In this document: positions 58,450-64,000 of the stretch, one piece after another
Layout of the letters: every line of letters begins with the position of its first letter
Position numbering within the stretch: position 1 is the stretch's first letter
Virus record (IMG/VR): IMGVR_UViG_3300035507_000199
Span: 1-64,000 of that record
DNA length: 64,000 nt
From: a virus
Lineage: Duplodnaviria; Caudoviricetes
Strand: one strand, 5' to 3'
Translations under genes and position numbers: made by a program
The notes under the pieces: model-generated
What the model was told of the DNA's origin: nothing
What the model saw: only the letters and a program-made list of their open reading frames with translations
Database searches by the model: none

Positions 58450-60069
58450 CTAACTCATAGATTCTTTATTAGCAATAGTCTTTTCACTCTTCTCATCATC
58501 CGATTTTTCTGGACGTCCTGCAGTACCATCACTATTGGAACTGCTTTGAGAAGATTTTCCCTCTGAATTACTTTGATTATTTGAAGATTTTGATTCATCA
58601 TTTTTACCCAAAATATCTTCACCATTTAAAGTTGAACTCATTAATGGAGGAATCATAATTTCACTCAAATGAAGAATCTCATTCTCAAAGTAAGCAGTAT
58701 GAATAATAGAACTCTGCGAATGACCCATTGCGATTTGAGGTAACATTTTAGAGTAACCATTCTGGACTTGCTCTTTATACATTTTTGCACGATCAGTATA
58801 ATTATACTGAGTCGTATCTAACATATAAAATCTAAATTTGTATTTTCTTTTATTATTACATTTTGACTGAACTACTCTGTCATAAAATATATGGAATTGT
58901 AAAAGTAAATCTCTTATATTTGACTCATCGTTTAAAATTGATTTCTCAAGAGATAAATTTCCATCTGTATTAAATAAATTTTGAGAAGTACCAAAAGCAT
59001 TATAAACTGCACGTTCCATCTTCTCTAAATCATCTGTTGTAGTAGTTGTATTACTATCAGCCATATCTTCTACAGTAATATCTGCAAATGTTGTTAAAAC
59101 ATCTACTCCAATAGCATGTTGTAACATATCAACCGCATTATTATGAATATCTCTTGCTTCATCAACGTCAAATACTAAATCACCATTTTTATCTAGTGGT
59201 AATTTTTGAATAACGACTTTTAATAATTGCTGCATCTGTTTTCTACGATCTAACTCTTGTGCGGCATCCAAATCTAAAATCTCTGGAATCGCATTAACAA
59301 ATAGCGGAATATCACTATTATGAAAATTAAATTTAACCGTAGATTGCGGATCTAGTAAAAACCATGTTCCAAAAGGATCACCCATGTTATCAATCGGAAG
59401 TTTGCCCTGTTTATATTTCAAATATCCCTCTTGGAATTCTTTTGGGAACATCTTTAAGACTTTTAAACGATAATTTATGTCTCTGAAATTATCATCAAAA
59501 AATCTCATGTTAAATTCTACTGCGGGAAAATCTCCAACAAAATATCTTGATCGACAATAATTTATAGGTAATTGTTGTAAAATAATTCCATCCTCAGAAG
59601 GAACCATATAACCATAATAGGCCCCATTTTTAATAACCTCTAAAGCAATATCACCACATTGCTTTTTAATATGAGTATTATCTAAAAAACTCAAAAGATT
59701 ATTAAATTCTTTTAAAACCTTTTCTTCTTTTACTGTATCATCAAGAATTTCTGGAACAATATACCAATCATATCTATAAAGAAAAGCGGTATAATTACAC
59801 ATTCTGGAGTAAATACCATTAGTAGAATAAAAGTAATTTGAAATTTCTCTTAATAAAGGTAGATTTCGTTCACCTAAAGCTCTAAGAACAACTTGCTTAT
59901 TTCCATAAGTTCTATGTGCTTTTCGTATAGATCCTAGATTTAAAATAGCATCATCAAGAGTTTTTGTTCCAACTTTAATTTTACCATAATCTAATGGATC
60001 AATATGATCGCGATAAGTGTCATTCATATTAAAACCTTTAGCATGAATTTCTTCCTGTCTATTTTCCAA
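58450..60069 (-). CDS. Portal protein
   Basis: 539 aa between terminase and protease; TTG start with AGGAGG RBS; C-terminal AGRPEK tail. Confidence 0.85.
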   Translation of the reverse strand: MENRQEEIHAKGFNMNDTYRDHIDPLDYGKIKVGTKTLDDAILNLGSIRKAHRTYGNKQVVLRALGERNLPLLREISNYFYSTNGIYSRMCNYTAFLYRYDWYIVPEILDDTVKEEKVLKEFNNLLSFLDNTHIKKQCGDIALEVIKNGAYYGYMVPSEDGIILQQLPINYCRSRYFVGDFPAVEFNMRFFDDNFRDINYRLKVLKMFPKEFQEGYLKYKQGKLPIDNMGDPFGTWFLLDPQSTVKFNFHNSDIPLFVNAIPEILDLDAAQELDRRKQMQQLLKVVIQKLPLDKNGDLVFDVDEARDIHNNAVDMLQHAIGVDVLTTFADITVEDMADSNTTTTTDDLEKMERAVYNAFGTSQNLFNTDGNLSLEKSILNDESNIRDLLLQFHIFYDRVVQSKCNNKRKYKFRFYMLDTTQYNYTDRAKMYKEQVQNGYSKMLPQIAMGHSQSSIIHTAYFENEILHLSEIMIPPLMSSTLNGEDILGKNDESKSSNNQSNSEGKSSQSSSNSDGTAGRPEKSDDEKSEKTIANKESMS

Positions 60070-60083
60070 AATTCCACCTCCTT

Positions 60084-60440
60084 TTAATATCCAGCCTTCT
60101 TCATAATGTAATCGTATGAAATGAGGTTCTCTTCAGTGTATGGAATTTCAATTAATTTAAAATCATGTAACGCACAAAATCTTCGTTTCTTATTATCATT
60201 AAATTGCTGTTGGTAGAAACCTCTTTTACCACCAAATTTTTGACTAGGCTCATAATGTTGTTTACCTTGAAATTCGATAATAAAATCAATATTTCCATCA
60301 TCATCAAAGACTACAAAATCGAAACGAAGGGGCCGCCCATTTGGGCTCCGCAAATCTGGAAAAATATATTCCATCTTAAATGGCAATCCAGATTCTGTCA
60401 AAATTTCTTCGATTTTAATTTCACCTCTCGACGCGCGCAT
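60084..60440 (-). CDS. Vsr/DUF559-like PD-(D/E)XK endonuclease
   Basis: SRGE...EYIF...LRFDF...IEFQGKQHY...DNKKRRFC...LIEIPY. Confidence 0.85.
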   Translation of the reverse strand: MRASRGEIKIEEILTESGLPFKMEYIFPDLRSPNGRPLRFDFVVFDDDGNIDFIIEFQGKQHYEPSQKFGGKRGFYQQQFNDNKKRRFCALHDFKLIEIPYTEENLISYDYIMKKAGY

Positions 60441-60459
60441 ACAACCCCTCCTCTCATGC

Positions 60460-62193
60460 TTAATTTAAGAATCTCCATTCCTTAGCATTAAACTTTTTCT
60501 TCTTTTTCTTATTATCTTCTTCTTGTTTTATATAATATAATCCATACTCAAAGGCAGAAAATTTATCTTTTCTGATACCTCTATTTGCTTGTTTTAAGAT
60601 AATATTAACACCTTCATTCTCCTCACGAAGGTTCATCATCTCTTCCTTTAATATGGAAGTTAAAGTAAATGGTTTTAAATATTCTGCCCTTTCTTCTGGT
60701 TTCATATTCTGACCTACTTTAGTTCCCAATAATTTTGTCTTAGCAACACGCTCATCAATTAAGAATTTAACCTTTCCAGAAGAAAGCTGAGTTTGCGCAT
60801 TTGCATGTGCCTCAGTATTAATCGGAGCGTTAGCCTTTATAACATAAATTGCATCTTGTTCACAATCTACAGTTCTATATTTTTTATAAAAACCTTCATC
60901 ATCATTATAAACGCCAAAGTCTGGATAGAATTCATTAGTTTCTGAATCAGTTTGTGGCTTAACCATATAATCCAGAAGTCCAATACCCATACCATTACCA
61001 TCTATAACAAGACGCCTTGCTTTATATTTATAAAATAATTTTTTAACTTTTATAGCCTGATCTTCAAAATGCTCATCAGACATTGTATAAATATTAACTA
61101 ATTGTTTTGTTGAAACTCCTTGTGGTTGCGGTGTTACTTTAAAAATACATGCAACAGAATCACAGCCCTTACGACCAACGTCAAGCGAAATAATATAAAA
61201 ACTTGATTTACCAATTCGACCAGATGCTTCTTTTTCTGGCTGTTTAAGGATTCTATTTCTATCAAATGTTTCAGCATTAAAGAAAGCATCTTCTACAGTT
61301 CCTGACCAAATACTTTCATATTCTCGATCAAATGAAGACTCATTGAAAGTTCCATCCATTTTCAGATCTCGAATAAAATTCTTATCAAGAAGTTTTACTA
61401 AAACTGGAATACGATAAGTTCCGCCTAAAACCATAGATTTTTCTGGTTTAACAATTTGCCATACCAGAAGCTGAATTAATTTATCATAAGGAAATGTATT
61501 TTTCCATCCCGCAGTCGTAATATAAATCTGAGATTTATTTAATTGTTCTTCTGGATGCGTAGAACCATCCATACACATACGAGAAATATTCATGGTAGGA
61601 ATAATAACTTCAGAAAGAATCTTTCCATCTACACCTACGCACTCCTCGATTAGACCGCCATGTCGACGCTTACCACGAGAACTTTCTCTAGCCGCAATAT
61701 TATCAAAATAAGATCCATTATTAAATACATACTTACAATAATCTTTACCTTCAAGGGTTACACCACGGCCCCAATTAATTTCTCGCTTAAAGGCCGGTAT
61801 TAAAGTGCAAATTTCTTGAACTTTTTCTTTTACGATACCCGCAGCCTGCTCTTTACCACCAGAAGTAACGAATAACTTACATTTTGGATAAAGAATACAT
61901 CTACACATTAAAACCATGATAGACAAAAATGATTTACTATAAGCTCGAGGAAATACTGCATAAACATACTGATGCCGCATCGCCGCGCGCAAAAATACTC
62001 TCTGATAAAAGAAGAAATGGAAATCCTGTGGATTTCCGCCTTTCTCTAATAAAAAATCAATAAATAAGTCTGGATACTCTCTCCAAAAGGAGATATATTC
62101 TCTAGCTACTGGGACAATGGCTCGCACACGTTCTTCGGAAAGACCAATCTTTTTTTGATTACCTGATAGGTCTATTAAATCCTGTAATGCCAT
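60460..62193 (-). CDS. terL: Terminase large subunit
   Basis: FFYQR, PRAYSKS Walker A variant, RGKRRHGGLIEE Walker B region, ITTA coupling motif; RNase H-type nuclease LDVGR...IDGNG...DKFSA. Confidence 0.95.
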   Translation of the reverse strand: MALQDLIDLSGNQKKIGLSEERVRAIVPVAREYISFWREYPDLFIDFLLEKGGNPQDFHFFFYQRVFLRAAMRHQYVYAVFPRAYSKSFLSIMVLMCRCILYPKCKLFVTSGGKEQAAGIVKEKVQEICTLIPAFKREINWGRGVTLEGKDYCKYVFNNGSYFDNIAARESSRGKRRHGGLIEECVGVDGKILSEVIIPTMNISRMCMDGSTHPEEQLNKSQIYITTAGWKNTFPYDKLIQLLVWQIVKPEKSMVLGGTYRIPVLVKLLDKNFIRDLKMDGTFNESSFDREYESIWSGTVEDAFFNAETFDRNRILKQPEKEASGRIGKSSFYIISLDVGRKGCDSVACIFKVTPQPQGVSTKQLVNIYTMSDEHFEDQAIKVKKLFYKYKARRLVIDGNGMGIGLLDYMVKPQTDSETNEFYPDFGVYNDDEGFYKKYRTVDCEQDAIYVIKANAPINTEAHANAQTQLSSGKVKFLIDERVAKTKLLGTKVGQNMKPEERAEYLKPFTLTSILKEEMMNLREENEGVNIILKQANRGIRKDKFSAFEYGLYYIKQEEDNKKKKKKFNAKEWRFLN

Positions 62194-63386
62194 TATACGT
62201 CTCCACCTTTCAGAAATTCATTGATAGTTTCATCACTAATCTCTTCATCTTCAAGGAATTGATTATAATCTTCAAAATCTTGATCTTTTAATTCATCAAT
62301 TTCATCATAGCTTAATTCATCTTCAATATCTTCATCCTCTTCCTTAGATTCCTCTTTTGCCATTTCTTTAACGGCAGATTCAATTAAGTTACCAAGATTC
62401 ATTTCTTCTACGATAAGAGAATGAGTATAATTCTTTAAATCTGCTAAAGTTTCATCAACTCTATCTTTTGGTCCATCTACATAATATCTAGGGATAAATC
62501 CTTCTTTTTCACAAACCTCAACTAGTTCAGAAATGCAATTTACAAATTCACCATTTTCAGCTTTATTCTGAGCCGCAGTAAATTTACCAGACTTCATTAG
62601 CGAATCATACATTTTAACCATCTTTTGGGCGCCATCCACATCACCGATATCCAAAAGCTGATTAGCTTTAATAGAAGTCTTACATACAAGCTTCAGAATA
62701 TCCTCATGTCCAGCTCCCTGGACATCGTATGATTCAGTCATACGAGTGTAAAGCTGTTCCAGCTTTACCCACTCTTCTGGTTTATAAGTTTTTCCCCATT
62801 TTAATCTTAAATAAGTTCTATCTTCATCGGTTAAGTCTAAAGAATCATCTCCATTAGACCGATCAAAATAATCCTCATCTTCATTTGCAGTATAATATTG
62901 CGGCACTGCGGGTTCTTCATATACAGGTTCAGCATATCCGCCTTCTGGAACTGAAAGCTGTTTTTCTGAAATAACTTGCGCGATTTCAGCCGCATCATAC
63001 CCTTGTCGTTTCATAGCTTCTTCAATTTTATGATTAGCTAATTCTTGTAAAAACTCAGTATGCTCCCAACGATAATCTTTAAATTGTTTTAATTTCATTT
63101 TAGATAAATATCTACCTAAAATTGTCATACCAGTAACTTTACTGGGGTCGCGCGCATACGAAGCTAACAATTTATCCCATTCATCTGGAATATAAGGAAC
63201 ATCGCATTCTTGTAAAATCCACAAAAATGATTCTGGGTTCCAGTTATCCACATGCATGGTAATACATTTTTTACATTGATTTAATTTTCCATTTGGATAT
63301 TTTATTAAATTGTTCGAGCCATAGAATTCATCAGCCCGCATAGTTTTCTTACATTTATCACAATAGAAAACTGAATTTTCTGCCAT
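62193..63386 (-). CDS. Zn-finger protein, probable terminase small subunit
   Basis: CDKC...CKKC N-terminus, acidic C-terminus, TAATG coupling to terL. Confidence 0.6.
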   Translation of the reverse strand: MAENSVFYCDKCKKTMRADEFYGSNNLIKYPNGKLNQCKKCITMHVDNWNPESFLWILQECDVPYIPDEWDKLLASYARDPSKVTGMTILGRYLSKMKLKQFKDYRWEHTEFLQELANHKIEEAMKRQGYDAAEIAQVISEKQLSVPEGGYAEPVYEEPAVPQYYTANEDEDYFDRSNGDDSLDLTDEDRTYLRLKWGKTYKPEEWVKLEQLYTRMTESYDVQGAGHEDILKLVCKTSIKANQLLDIGDVDGAQKMVKMYDSLMKSGKFTAAQNKAENGEFVNCISELVEVCEKEGFIPRYYVDGPKDRVDETLADLKNYTHSLIVEEMNLGNLIESAVKEMAKEESKEEDEDIEDELSYDEIDELKDQDFEDYNQFLEDEEISDETINEFLKGGDV

Positions 63387-63428
63387 ACTAATTCCTCCTT
63401 TTAAAATTATGAAAATACCAGGAGCAAA

Positions 63429-64000
63429 TTAAGCTTTCTTGGCCTTTGTTTTTGAATTTCTACAGCATTTACAAATAGAATAAAAACCATCTTTACTTGT
63501 TTTATTCTTACTAAAATATTTATTATGCGCCAATTTAATCTCGCCGCATCTACTGCATCTTTTATATTTTCCTTTTTCTTGTGTTAAGAAATACCAATCA
63601 AGGGTTTCATCTTCAGCTTGAGATGCTATTAAATTTGGAATTTTCTTTCGCCAAAGAGATGAAATATATTCTAGACTATGCGTAACACCAAATTCATCTT
63701 TGAGTTCCTTTTGGATTTCAACATTTTGTAATCCATCAATCTTACACTCAACGATTTTTCTATACATCGGATATTCTTCAAGGGCTCGCCCAGAGATTGA
63801 ATCAAAATCATCCATGAGATACCATAAATCACTATCATGGTGGCCCCAAGAATCTTCTTTTAGTCTTGAATAATTACATAAAATAGCAGAGCAGACTTTT
63901 GAATCACATAGCGAAACACCTTCTGGAATAATATATCCATCAGCATCAAAAGAAAATGATTCTTCTAATTTTGTCGGCATTTTTGAGCGGACAAACTTTG
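63429..64000 (-). CDS. HTH plus Zn-ribbon protein (partial, frame open to the right edge)
   Basis: RKIVECKIDGLQNVEIQKEL...SLEYISSLW sigma-r4-like HTH; CSRC...CKCC; no RBS before 63980 and no upstream stop. Confidence 0.7.
   Translation of the reverse strand, partial: KFVRSKMPTKLEESFSFDADGYIIPEGVSLCDSKVCSAILCNYSRLKEDSWGHHDSDLWYLMDDFDSISGRALEEYPMYRKIVECKIDGLQNVEIQKELKDEFGVTHSLEYISSLWRKKIPNLIASQAEDETLDWYFLTQEKGKYKRCSRCGEIKLAHNKYFSKNKTSKDGFYSICKCCRNSKTKAKKA

Larger units (their letters stand above)
1..64000 (-). mobile_element. Large tailed phage/prophage structural module (packaging, head, neck, non-contractile tail, tail tip and fibres)
   Basis: 34 contiguous minus-strand CDSs in terminase-portal-protease-capsid-neck-tail-TMP-fibre order; no host housekeeping genes; no integrase or att site visible, so lifestyle is undetermined. 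Confidence 0.97.

Noticed and set aside
4318-60485. Numerous short plus-strand and nested minus-strand ORFs in the track
   Set aside because: All overlap long minus-strand genes and look like antisense or alternate-frame shadows
54949-62193. Introns or inteins in terminase, portal or capsid
   Set aside because: Genes are uninterrupted, of ordinary length, and show no intein or LAGLIDADG motifs
1-64000. Stop-codon reassignment as seen in some gut phages
   Set aside because: Very long ORFs are intact in code 11, and TAG (25930, 58450) and TGA (25564, 28821, 9341) end genes at sensible boundaries
1-64000. tRNA, rRNA or large structured ncRNA
   Set aside because: Intergenic gaps are under about 140 bp and are accounted for by terminators, promoters and RBSs

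Overview
The whole 64 kb window is one co-oriented (minus-strand), AT-rich virion morphogenesis region of a large tailed phage or prophage. Strong AGGAG(G) ribosome-binding sites and sigmaA-type promoters point to a Bacillota host. Read right to left it encodes an HTH/Zn-ribbon protein, a putative small terminase, the large terminase, a PD-(D/E)XK endonuclease, portal, prohead protease/scaffold, a head protein, major capsid, neck proteins, major tail tube, an orphan, a chaperone, a 3265-aa tape measure protein and about 37 kb of tail-tip/fibre genes. Gene order resembles the SPbeta head/neck module, and no tail sheath is evident, so a very long-tailed siphovirus is likely. The most interesting signals are: (1) a gene missed by the ORF track (776 to <1) with tandem CxxxCxxC repeats, resembling a radical-SAM modification target; (2) a 2505-aa tail-module protein with a CotH-like kinase core plus LamG and LRR domains; (3) paired N- and C-terminal motifs suggesting head-to-tail assembly of segmented fibres; (4) a fixed-spacing GGNCA-N8-TAAT-N14-TTTYA-N7-TAG element at six gene junctions; (5) an orphan with a divergent nuclease-like motif inside the tail operon. 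All family assignments come from motif recognition and synteny by eye; no database searches were run.
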